A stretch of DNA of 48,211 nt, from contig JAYPTI010000006.1 in NCBI GenBank assembly GCA_038133505.1, forward strand, positions 1-48,211. Direction: 5' to 3'. The position numbers and the translations under genes were made by a program. The number at the start of each line of letters is the position of its first letter. Positions within the stretch are counted from its first letter, which is position 1. Below, in pieces: positions 9,602 through 18,722 of the stretch. The stretch is from Alphaproteobacteria bacterium. GTDB lineage: Bacteria > Pseudomonadota > Alphaproteobacteria > MPNO01 > UBA830. Below the pieces are notes generated by a model that was given only the letters and a program-made list of their open reading frames with translations, did not search any database and was not told where the DNA came from.

Positions 9602-10713
9602 GCGTCGGCTCCCGAATAAAGCCGCGCATAGCGGCTGCCCAACGACGTCAGGATCTCGTAGCCGATCGTTCCGGCCTCTTCGGCGAGGTCGTCAACCGTC
9701 TGGCGGTCGTCGATAAGCACGATATCGTCGCCCGGGCCCGTCTTGCCGTCCGGCACGTCCGAAATGTCGAATACGATGAGGTCCATAGATACCCGACCCG
9801 CTACCGGCACCCGGACGTCTCCGATAAAGCCGTGACCGCGATTGCCGAGGGACCTGAGATATCCGTCAGCGTATCCCGCTGCGACGGTGGCGAGGCGGGT
9901 CCCCGGAGCCACCTTGCGCGTCGCACCGTAGCCAACGGTCGATTCGGTGTCAACGACGCGCACTTGCAGGATTTTGGCTTTCAAAACAAAGGGTTGTTTC
10001 ATTTTCTCGGGTGCTCCCGTAGTGCGGGAAACGCCGTAGAGCGCCGCGCCCGGACGCGCGAGATCGTAGTGGAAACCGGGGCCCAGAAAGATGCCGCCAG
10101 AATTGGCGAGCGAGGCCTTCGCGGCGGGTAATCGGGCGCGGATCTCGTCGAACGACTGTCGTTGCCGGTCATTCATCGGATTGCCGGCCTCCTCGGCGCA
10201 GGCGAGGTGGCTCATCACGTATTCCAGCCCGATACCGTCGAGCGCGGAGGGGGTCTGTGCGAGGGTTTCCGCCTCCCGCCGGGTAAGTCCCAGCCGCGAC
10301 ATGCCCGTATCCAGCGCAAGGATCGCGGATCGGCCGCCGTTGGTGCGCGCATGGTTGCTCCAGCGCTCGATGTCGCCCGGCGAGTTCAGGACCGGTATCA
10401 GACCGTGGCGATCGAAGAGGTCCGCCGTGCCGTCGCCCATCAGCCCGTCCAGAACGTATATCGTCCCGTCGGCGGGGAGAGTTTCGCGAAGCTGAATTCC
10501 CTCGTCGATCGTCGCAACGAAGTAACGCCGGCACCCGGCGCCGAACAGCGCCGCGGAGACTTTCGCCGCGCCCAGCCCGTAGCCGTCGGCCTTCACCACC
10601 GCGCCGCACTCGCCGGAGGCGAGGCGGTCTCTCAGGTTCCGCCAATTGTCGGCAATCGCGTCCAGGTCGACGGACAGGACGGCGCCCGCGGTGTGCAGCT
10701 GTCCGCCCGTCAG
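9598..10713 (-). CDS. alr: alanine racemase (probable CTG start)
   Basis: AVVKADGYGLG PLP-lysine motif, DTGMSRLG, GRVSMD, GTIGYE. The conserved N-terminal VDLDAIADNW segment lies upstream of the first GTG (10599), so the start must be further upstream; a CTG at 10713 overlaps the dnaB stop. Confidence 0.92.
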   Translation of the reverse strand: MTGGQLHTAGAVLSVDLDAIADNWRNLRDRLASGECGAVVKADGYGLGAAKVSAALFGAGCRRYFVATIDEGIQLRETLPADGTIYVLDGLMGDGTADLFDRHGLIPVLNSPGDIERWSNHARTNGGRSAILALDTGMSRLGLTRREAETLAQTPSALDGIGLEYVMSHLACAEEAGNPMNDRQRQSFDEIRARLPAAKASLANSGGIFLGPGFHYDLARPGAALYGVSRTTGAPEKMKQPFVLKAKILQVRVVDTESTVGYGATRKVAPGTRLATVAAGYADGYLRSLGNRGHGFIGDVRVPVAGRVSMDLIVFDISDVPDGKTGPGDDIVLIDDRQTVDDLAEEAGTIGYEILTSLGSRYARLYSGADA

Positions 10714-12269
10714 AACGGCACGTCTCCGCCGGACGGGGGAGGCGGTCCGGACGGCCTGCCGCCGTATCCGCCGCTACCGTAATCGTCCTCGTCCTCGAGG
10801 TTGTCGAACTTGGTGGCTTCCGGATAGAAGCGCAGGTCGACCTTGCCGGTCGGGCCGTGGCGCTGCTTGGCGATGATGACCTCTGCGCGGTTGCGAACCT
10901 GGCCCATGGCTTCTTCCCAGATCATGGTGCGCTCGTTCAGCTTTTCCATGGATTCGTCGGACCGCCGGGACGGCTGCTCGCGCTGCAGATAGTACTCGTC
11001 GCGATAGATGAACATCACGACGTCCGCGTCCTGTTCGATAGAGCCGGATTCGCGAAGGTCAGCGAGCTGGGGCCGCTTGTCCTCGCGCTGCTCGACGGCG
11101 CGGCTGAGCTGCGACAGCGCGATGACCGGAACGTTGAGCTCCTTCGCGAGCGTCTTGAGCCCGCGGGTGATCTCGGAGAGTTCCTGGACGCGGTTCATTT
11201 CCCGTCCGCCGTGGCTGCCCTGCACAAGCTGCAGATAGTCGACGACGATGAGGCCTAGCCCGTGCTGGCGCTTAAGCCTCCGCGCCCTCGTTCTCAGCGC
11301 GGAGACGGTCAGCGCCGGCGTATCGTCGATGTAGAGCGGCGATTTCTGGAGCCGCTGGCTCGTCTGGACCAGCCGGTCGAACTCGGCCTGGTTCAGCTCG
11401 CCCTGCCGGATCTTGTTCGACGGGATCTGGGCGCCTTCGGCGAGGATACGTGTCGCAAGCTGCTCGGCCGACATTTCGAGAGAGAAGAAGCCGACGACCG
11501 GATCGTCGATCGGGACGATATTGCCGTCCTCGTCTTCCACCGTGTCGGTAGAGCTGGCGACGTTGAACGCGATGTTGGTGGCGAGCGCGGTCTTGCCCAT
11601 GGCCGGGCGCCCCGCGAGGATGATCAGGTCCGATTTGTGCAGCCCGCCCAGCAGCAGGTCCAGATGGCGGAACTGGGTCGGCACGCCGCCGAGGGCGCCG
11701 TCGCGGTTGAAGGCGATGGCGGCCATGTCGACGGCGCCCTTGATCGATTCCGCAAAGCTGCGGAACCCGCCCTCGTAGTCGCCCGACGTCGCGAGGTCGT
11801 ACAGATACTGCTCGGCTTCCTCGATCTGCCGGTTCGCGCTTTCGTCGGGATCGTGAGAATAGGCCTGGTTGACGACGTCCGTGCCGAGCTCGATAAGCTG
11901 GCGGCGCAGGAACAGGTCGTAGATCAGCCGCCCGTAATCCTCGGTGTTGATGATCGCAAACGTCGCGCCGGCAAGTTCGGCGAGATAGCGATGCCCGCCG
12001 ATTTCCTCGAATTCCTCGGTATCGAAAACGTGCTTCAGGGTGGTCGGGTTGGCCTGCTGGCCGCGTTCGATCAGCTTGCCGCAGGCCTCGAAGATGCGGG
12101 CGTGCAGGGGATCGAAGAAATGTTCGGGCCGCAGGAATTCGGAAACGCGCTCGTAGCCTCGGTTGTTCTCGAGGATCGCGCCGAGAAGCCCCATCTCGGC
12201 CTCGACGTTGTTCGGCGGCTGCCGGTATCCGGGCCGATCTTCTTCCTGTTCTCTGAGCGTCGTTGCCAC
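10710..12269 (-). CDS. dnaB: replicative DNA helicase
   Basis: AGRPAMGKT, FFSLEMS, VVDYLQL, LSQLSR, DLRESGSIEQDAD, KQRHGPTG. No intein visible. Confidence 0.98.
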   Translation of the reverse strand: MATTLREQEEDRPGYRQPPNNVEAEMGLLGAILENNRGYERVSEFLRPEHFFDPLHARIFEACGKLIERGQQANPTTLKHVFDTEEFEEIGGHRYLAELAGATFAIINTEDYGRLIYDLFLRRQLIELGTDVVNQAYSHDPDESANRQIEEAEQYLYDLATSGDYEGGFRSFAESIKGAVDMAAIAFNRDGALGGVPTQFRHLDLLLGGLHKSDLIILAGRPAMGKTALATNIAFNVASSTDTVEDEDGNIVPIDDPVVGFFSLEMSAEQLATRILAEGAQIPSNKIRQGELNQAEFDRLVQTSQRLQKSPLYIDDTPALTVSALRTRARRLKRQHGLGLIVVDYLQLVQGSHGGREMNRVQELSEITRGLKTLAKELNVPVIALSQLSRAVEQREDKRPQLADLRESGSIEQDADVVMFIYRDEYYLQREQPSRRSDESMEKLNERTMIWEEAMGQVRNRAEVIIAKQRHGPTGKVDLRFYPEATKFDNLEDEDDYGSGGYGGRPSGPPPPSGGDVPF

Positions 12270-12418
12270 GTCCGCGTCTCCCTCCGCACTGCGAAGCGGA
12301 CACTATCGCGAATCGCCGCGCGGTCGGGCGGGCGCGGCGGCCGCAGTCGAAAATATCCGGTGGACTATTTTCGCACGGAACGCGCGCGATGTGGAACGCG
12401 TGGAAAAAAGCGGATTCG

Positions 12419-12427
12419 TGGGGACAA
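12419..12427 (-). promoter_or_regulatory. degenerate DnaA-box-like site (TTGTCCCCA) upstream of dnaB
   Basis: 7/9 match to TTATCCACA; the identical 9-mer sits beside a perfect box at 14254; three GANTC sites nearby. Confidence 0.4.
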
Positions 12428-12491
12428 CCCGCAAAATCCGGGCGATTTCGAACTTGAGCCGAATCGGTAGAGCGTTTCGGAACCGCCCGCT

Positions 12492-13736
12492 TCAGGCCGC
12501 ACGTTCGCGCTTCCCGTCTTTTTCCTTTTCCGCCTGCGCGCGTTCCCACTCGAACATATAGTCGCGTGTCAGCGGCACGGTTTCCAGCGACTTCGAAAGC
12601 TGGATCTGGAAGACCATCAGGTTCTCGTAGCGGAAGCCCATCTCGCAGATGACGAGATAGAGGTCCCACATCCGGCAGAAGCGTTCGTCGTAGATTCTGG
12701 CGACTTCGTCTCGACGCGCGTTGAACGCCTCGCGCCAGTGCCGCAACGTCTCGGCGTAGTGGATGCGGAGAATCTCGATGTCCGTACAGACGAGGCCCGA
12801 GTTCTCGATAATCGGAAGAATCTCCGACATCGCCGGAACGTCGGCACCCGGGAAGATGTACTTGCGAATGAACGGATTGATGGGCGCGGGCGAATCCAGG
12901 CGTCCGATCGAATGGATGACCGCAACCCCGTCGTCCGTCAGGAGGCTTTCCAGCTTGGAGAAGAACTCCTTGTAGTTCCGCTTGCCGACATGCTCGAACA
13001 TGCCGACCGAAACGATGCGGTCGAACCGGTCGGGCAACTCGCGATAATCGCGGAGGTGGAAACGGACGCGCGAATCGATCCCCGCATTTTTCGCCCGTTC
13101 GTTCGACACGCGGTGCTGTTCCGTCGACAGCGTCACGCCGGTGACGTCGGCGTTGGCGACGTCCGCGATGTACATGCCGAGGCCGCCCCAGCCGGAACCG
13201 ATGTCGAGGACGTTCAGGCCGTCGCGATCGAGCAGCAGCTTCGACGCGAGGTGGCGTTTCTTGCTTACCTGTGCGGTTTCGATGTCGTCTTCCGGCGACC
13301 TGAAATACGCGCAGGAATACTGACGGTCGCGGTCGAGGAACAAATCGTAGAGCTCGTCCGACAGATCGTAATGATGCGCGACGTTCTTCTGGGCGATGCC
13401 CACCGGATTGAACTGTTTCAGACGGCGGCTTCCGACGCCGATCACCCGCAGCGCCTCGGCCAACGGAAAATTCTCGACGCGGGCATAGTTCTGCGCGGCG
13501 AGCTCGATCAGGTCGTACAGCGACCCGTCCTCGACGACGAGATCGCCCTCCATGAACGCTTCCGGCACGGTCAGTGCCGGATTGAGTGCGAGCGAATAGT
13601 TCAGGCTGTTCCGCTTGATGCGGATCGTGCAGCGCGGCTCCGAGCCGTCTCCGAATACCGAAGCGTTGCCTTTGGCATCAACGAAGCGAAGCGCCCCGAA
13701 CTTGATCGAATGCTTAAGCAGTGCCGAAAACAGCAT
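12492..13736 (-). CDS. cfa: cyclopropane-fatty-acyl-phospholipid synthase family SAM methyltransferase
   Basis: NVAHHYDLS, QYSCAYF, LDIGSGWGG, SVGMFEHVG, YIFPG. ATG at 13736 chosen as the start. Confidence 0.9.
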   Translation of the reverse strand: MLFSALLKHSIKFGALRFVDAKGNASVFGDGSEPRCTIRIKRNSLNYSLALNPALTVPEAFMEGDLVVEDGSLYDLIELAAQNYARVENFPLAEALRVIGVGSRRLKQFNPVGIAQKNVAHHYDLSDELYDLFLDRDRQYSCAYFRSPEDDIETAQVSKKRHLASKLLLDRDGLNVLDIGSGWGGLGMYIADVANADVTGVTLSTEQHRVSNERAKNAGIDSRVRFHLRDYRELPDRFDRIVSVGMFEHVGKRNYKEFFSKLESLLTDDGVAVIHSIGRLDSPAPINPFIRKYIFPGADVPAMSEILPIIENSGLVCTDIEILRIHYAETLRHWREAFNARRDEVARIYDERFCRMWDLYLVICEMGFRYENLMVFQIQLSKSLETVPLTRDYMFEWERAQAEKEKDGKRERAA

Positions 13737-14253
13737 GGTCCCATCCCTGACCGCCGTTCCGCGGAAGCTCCTTACACCCCCGGAGCTTCCACGCTCGTTA
13801 TTGGAGAAAGAATAGAACAACCTGCGCCGCGAAGACAATTGCGCGATGTCCGGCGAAGAACGTCGGCCCGATCAAGCAACGCGGGCGTTAACCATAATCT
13901 TTAAGAAAGCGGATATTTCTCTTGAGTGGCGGCGGGTACATGTCGCGTTGCCGAATACAGAATGCGGCAGTTCTGCAAGCACGTACGTATCGGGATGTTG
14001 GGAATGCAAACAGGGGCCGGCGAAGATGCCTAACAAAGAGAGAGCGGTGACTGTCGTTCGCCCCCGATAATGCCCGACGCTACTCCCGTTTCATTGTGCC
14101 AATACACCGAACGCCGCCCGCCGGATGGCGATGAAACAAATAGACATACACATGCACTCTATCTCGGCAAAATTGCAGGACTATTCTGTTAAGATATTGA
14201 TATATAGAAATAATTGGGAAAATCGTTTTGGCGGGGCGATGGGTGGGCCTTTT

Positions 14254-14274
14254 TTGTCCCCAGACTTATCCACA
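14254..14274 (+). promoter_or_regulatory. tandem DnaA boxes (TTGTCCCCA-gac-TTATCCACA)
   Basis: Perfect consensus TTATCCACA at 14266-14274, preceded by a 7/9 box, in an AT-rich intergenic region. Confidence 0.55.
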
Positions 14275-14315
14275 AGCTGAAAACGGTTAATTATCAACGG
14301 TCTACCGGCTGCGGT

Positions 14316-15744
14316 TCAGCTTCTCTCGTAGATGTCCTCGAACCGCTCGATATCGTCTTCGCCGAGATAACTGCCGGACTGAACTTCGATAAGATTCAGC
14401 GGCACCTTGCCCGGGTTGGCAAGCCTGTGGATGCAGAGCGGCGGCAGATAGACGGATTCGTTTTCGTGCAGGATCAGCGTCTCGTCGTCCTTCGTGACTT
14501 CCGCCACGCCGTTCACGACCACCCAATGTTCTGCCCGGTGGTGATGCCGCTGCAGCGAGAGCGCGGCGCCTGCGTTCACGGTAATCCGCTTGACCTGGAA
14601 ACGGTCGCCGTCGTGAACGGTCTGGTAGAAACCCCACGGCCGGTAGACGCGCGGATGGTCGGTCGGCTCGTGACGCCGGTCCGACCGCAGGCGATCGATG
14701 ACCGTTTTCACGTCCTGCGACCGCTCGCGCGGCAGGACGAGCACGGCATCCATGGTCGCGACGACGACAAGGTTCTCGACGCCCAGCGTCGCGACGAGCG
14801 GCCCGTCTGCGGAAGATATCAGCGAGTTCTTCGTCTCGATGGCGATCGCGTCGCCCTGGATCACGTTGCCGCTCGAATCCTTCTCGCCGATTTCCCACAG
14901 CGAGTCCCAGGAGCCGACGTCGTTCCAGCCGATATCGGCAGGCACCACCGCGGCCTTCTCCGTTCGCTCCATGACCGCGTAGTCGATCGATTTCGACGGC
15001 GAGGCGGCGAAGGCGCCGCCGTCCAGCCGCAGGAAATCCAGGTCGTTTTCAGCCTTTTCGACGGCCGCCTGCGCCGCGGCGACGATCTCGGGCTCGAACG
15101 TCTCGCATTCGGCGAGGAAAGCGGCGGCGGAAAAAAGGAACATGCCGCTGTTCCACAGATAGTTACCCTTCCGCGAGGTATTTGCGCGCCGTCTCCAGAT
15201 CGGGCTTCTCGACGAAGCTGCCGACCTTGGAAATCCCTTCCCGGGTTCCGAGCTTGCCGCCGCGGGCGATATAGCCGTATCCCGTCTCGGGCCGGTCGGG
15301 TTTGATTCCGAACGTGACGAGCGCGCCGTCCGCCGCCGCTTCGGCCGCGGTTTTTACGACGCTTATGAAGTTTGCCGTATCGTTGATCGTGTGATCGGAC
15401 GGCAGGACGAGCATCAGCGCATTCCTGTCCTGTGCGGACAGGATGGCCGCCGCCGCGGCCACGGCCGGCGCCGTGTTTCGCGCAACGGGCTCGAGCGCGA
15501 TATGGCTCGGCGCGATGCCGACTTCGCGGAGCTGCTCGGCGACGATGAAACGATGATCCTCGTTGCAGATCATCAGCGGCGGGGCGAAGGTCGAAGGGTC
15601 CGATACGCGCTGCGCCGTATCCTGCAAAAGGCTGTTGTCGGAGACGAGCCGCAGGAATTGTTTGGGATAGGAGAGCCGCGAACGGGGCCAAAGGCGCGTT
15701 CCGGACCCGCCGGACAGTATTACGGGATGGATTTTGGCTGGCAT
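14316..15744 (-). pseudogene. manC: mannose-1-phosphate guanylyltransferase/mannose-6-phosphate isomerase, split by a 1-nt frameshift near 15166-15168
   Basis: ILSGGSGTRLWP..PKQF in the 5' part; GWNDVGSW and cupin RPWG..LSLQRHHHRAEHW in the 3' part. Removing one G from GAA GGG TAA C restores ...YLAEGNYLWNSGMFLF (475 aa). Could be a sequencing error. Confidence 0.85.
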
Positions 15745-15823
15745 GATTTTATCCCGACCGTTCTGGCAGACTAGCTGCCGCATTCGGCGCGGAAAGCCAA
15801 TCGGATGTCGACACGGTCCAGGT

Positions 15824-16717
15824 TCAGAGAAACCCTTTCAGGGCGATCACCGCCATCGCGCCGCCGATGGCGGCGAACAGGAAGGCGATTGCTCTTTCGA
15901 TAGTCCGCTGGTCGATCCGGCCTTGAAGCAACGGCCCGATCTGCCCGCCGATGATCACGCCCGGGATCGTGTAGCAGACCAGATTCCACGGCACCGCGCC
16001 GAAGCCCCCCGCCTTGATCAGCAGGCCGACTTGCATGAAAGACGCTGTCAGGACGGTCAGGATGACGATGAAGACCGATGTCGCCGCGGCAACGGCGATC
16101 GGGACACGGTGTCGTTTCACGAGCAGCGGCAGCACGACTTCGCCGATGCCGACACCCAGGAAGCCGGTCAGAAATGCGCCGATGCCCGTCACCGAAGCGC
16201 CGAAAGCGCGGGGGCGGGGGCGCGCGAACCGGTAGGCGTTTCCCGATCGGTCGGTGACGGTTCGAATCTCCGTCTGATCGTCCTCCCGCAAGGACGCGGG
16301 CTGCGGACCGGAAGGGGCCGACGGGTGTGTCCTGCGCAGGACGATCGCGCAAGGCGCCAGCATTAAAACGGCATAGGCGCCCTTGAGCAGCGTTTCGTGC
16401 GACTGCAATCCGCCGAAAAGGGTCGCGCCGGCGGCCGCGACCGGGACGGCAATGCAGGCATAGGGGACGGCGCTTCGAAAATCGATCAGGCGCTTCCGGT
16501 AGTAGCCGGCGAACCCCGACATGAAGCCGAAGACCTGCGTCAGGACCGCCGTTCCGATCGCGGCCGACGTCGATAGCGGATACTCGGGGCCGAGCAGGGG
16601 AAATCCGAGAACGAAGATGGGGATGAACATCGCGGCGCCGCCGATGCCGCTGAGCATCGCCGCCGTGGCGACGAAGATCCCGACGGGAAACATGAACCAG
16701 TACTGCAACCAATCCAA
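15824..16717 (-). CDS. sulfite exporter TauE/SafE family membrane protein
   Basis: Two repeats of the GIGG/GVGIG TM motif. TTG start giving MDWLQYWFMF is an estimate. Confidence 0.8.
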   Translation of the reverse strand: MDWLQYWFMFPVGIFVATAAMLSGIGGAAMFIPIFVLGFPLLGPEYPLSTSAAIGTAVLTQVFGFMSGFAGYYRKRLIDFRSAVPYACIAVPVAAAGATLFGGLQSHETLLKGAYAVLMLAPCAIVLRRTHPSAPSGPQPASLREDDQTEIRTVTDRSGNAYRFARPRPRAFGASVTGIGAFLTGFLGVGIGEVVLPLLVKRHRVPIAVAAATSVFIVILTVLTASFMQVGLLIKAGGFGAVPWNLVCYTIPGVIIGGQIGPLLQGRIDQRTIERAIAFLFAAIGGAMAVIALKGFL

Positions 16718-17163
16718 TTCGAGGGCCTGTTCTGTCAGAGGGGGGGGCGTCCCGAGGCGGCGGTGCTGCCGCAGCATAGCCAACCGTCCGGCGATTGCAA
16801 CGTCGGGCCTGGAACGCGACGACCAGCCGTTACAGGACGAATAAACCCGCAGACCCGGTCCGCCGCGGCGCGCGGCTGGCATTCTAGATGGCGACATGAT
16901 ACCAACACGCGTCTTTTGGGAGCCTAGAGCGCCATTTTATCGTGCCGGTTGACCGTTTCGCGGTACACGGGACCGATGTCAAAGACGACGCCGCGATAGC
17001 CGACCGCGATGATGCCGGACGATCAGGCCGCCCGACTATCCGACGTGTGCGACCGTCATTCGTTTTCGTGCAGCGAGCATCGCTGCGCGGCGTGAGGCGA
17101 AGCGACCGAGAACTCTGATAGAGGTTATTGCGCCGGCCGGCGGCGCGGAAAGGCCGCGAGGAC

Positions 17164-18162
17164 ATGTCCATCGCACTTAAAGACCGGTTTTCAGGCTGTC
17201 TCGTCGGACAATGCGTCGGCGATGCGCTTGGGTTTGTGGTCGAGGGCTACACCGCCCAGATTTGCGCGCGCTACGTCGAGACCGAATTAATGACAGGCAA
17301 GGCAGGCGAGCGCGGCAGGCCGCCCTACGAGTTCGGACAATATACGGACGACACGCAGCTTACGCGGGAGCTTCTGGAGAGCCTTGTCAGCCGGGGCGGC
17401 TTCGATGGGGAGGATTACGCGCGGCGGATCGCCGACCTGTTCCGAGAGGACCGCATCGTCGGACGCGGCAGAACGACGGAGGACGCCGCCCGCAAGCTGA
17501 TCGCGGGCGAGAGCTGGGAAACCGCCGGTGTTCCGGCGCCGGCCGCGGGAAACGGCAGTGCGATGCGGGCGGCTCCCGTCGGACTGGTCTTCCGGGACGA
17601 TCCTGACCGATTGATCGAAGTTGCCCACGACCAGGGCCGAATCACCCATGCCGATCCGCGCTGTTCCGCCGGTGCGGTCGCGATCGCGGGGGCGGTGTCC
17701 ATGGCGGTTTCGGGGCTGCGTCCCGAGGCATCGGCCATGGCGCCCATACTGGCCGACTGGGCGGCGACATACGACGCCGATTTCGCGCAGGCGATCCGCG
17801 ATCTCGTCGATTATGCGGATCTGCCGCCGGACGACGCGTTCCCGATCGTTTCCCGCACCGGATGGGAGCCCGAAACGCGTCTCGCCTTCGACGGAATCGC
17901 GCCATTCGTCTTTCCCAGCGTGCTGTGGAGCCTCTATTCGGTGTTTCGCACGCCGGACGACTATTGGCAGACAATATGCACCGCGATCGCGGCCGGCGGC
18001 GACGTCGATACGACGGCGGCGATGGCCGGCGCCATCTCGGGCGCGTATCTCGGAATTAATGCCGTGCCGGCCGATCTGGCGTCGCGACTCAATGACAATG
18101 GCACTTGGACCGTGTTTGAACTTGTTGCATTAGCCGAAAATGCAGCGGAAAACTTGAATTGA
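17164..18162 (+). CDS. ADP-ribosylglycohydrolase family protein
   Basis: GDALG, YTDDT, GNGSAMR, ITH and GGDVDT metal-binding motifs; GAGG Shine-Dalgarno before the ATG. Confidence 0.92.
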   Translation: MSIALKDRFSGCLVGQCVGDALGFVVEGYTAQICARYVETELMTGKAGERGRPPYEFGQYTDDTQLTRELLESLVSRGGFDGEDYARRIADLFREDRIVGRGRTTEDAARKLIAGESWETAGVPAPAAGNGSAMRAAPVGLVFRDDPDRLIEVAHDQGRITHADPRCSAGAVAIAGAVSMAVSGLRPEASAMAPILADWAATYDADFAQAIRDLVDYADLPPDDAFPIVSRTGWEPETRLAFDGIAPFVFPSVLWSLYSVFRTPDDYWQTICTAIAAGGDVDTTAAMAGAISGAYLGINAVPADLASRLNDNGTWTVFELVALAENAAENLN

Positions 18163-18312
18163 ATCAATGGATTTGAAACTCTTTATGTGTTAGCCATGCA
18201 TTCCGAAATAAAAATTCGGAACCATCGGCTACATACGCGTTCGTTATATGCGCGCCGTTTTCGTCCGGGAAACTATTGGCGTACGTGTCGAAAACCCTAA
18301 GGAGGGGGAAGA

Positions 18313-18579
18313 ATGAAGTACCTTAAATACGTGACTGTGATTGCGGCTCCGCTGCTGTTTGCGGCCGGTTGTGAGACCACGGCTCAGCAGCAGGAAATCA
18401 GCAAACTCGAATCGCAGGTCATGGCCAACAAGAAGACGGCCGATGACGCTGCGGCCGCCGCACGTGCAGCTGCTGTCGCCGCCCAGGATGCGGCTGCTGC
18501 GGCTCGCGCCGCCGCTGCGGATGCAATGGCTGCGAGCGACACGGCCGATCGCATTTTCTCGCGCAATCTGCGGAAGTAA
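18313..18579 (+). CDS. OprI/Lpp-like alanine-zipper lipoprotein with C-terminal Lys
   Basis: Strong SD AAGGAGG, lipobox FAAG-C20, Ala-rich coiled coil, ends ADRIFSRNLRK. Confidence 0.85.
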   Translation: MKYLKYVTVIAAPLLFAAGCETTAQQQEISKLESQVMANKKTADDAAAAARAAAVAAQDAAAAARAAAADAMAASDTADRIFSRNLRK

Positions 18580-18597
18580 TTCCGAACTTTTTCGATC

Positions 18598-18623
18598 CGG
18601 CGGCCGGGGAACCCGGGCCGCCG
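18598..18623 (+). terminator. GC-rich hairpin after the lipoprotein gene
   Basis: CGGCGGCC/GGCCGCCG stem 18 nt after the stop codon; no strong U tract. Confidence 0.45.
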
Positions 18624-18653
18624 TAGTCTATTTCGGGGCCGACATAATGGTTC

Positions 18654-18688
18654 CAAAATAAAAGCGACCGGTGGGCGCTTTTATTTTG
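18654..18688. terminator. probable bidirectional terminator
   Basis: Perfect 13-bp inverted repeat CAAAATAAAAGCG/CGCTTTTATTTTG between convergent genes. Confidence 0.65.
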
Positions 18689-18722
18689 AGCCGTGTCCTT
18701 GAGCGGACCGCGACGGGAGACC

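Noticed and set aside
13737-14315. Chromosomal origin of replication
   Set aside because: Only one perfect DnaA box and no dnaA, hemE or parAB context; kept only as a regulatory candidate.
18430-18535. GCN-rich repeat-like DNA
   Set aside because: It encodes the alanine zipper of the lipoprotein and is not a DNA repeat array.
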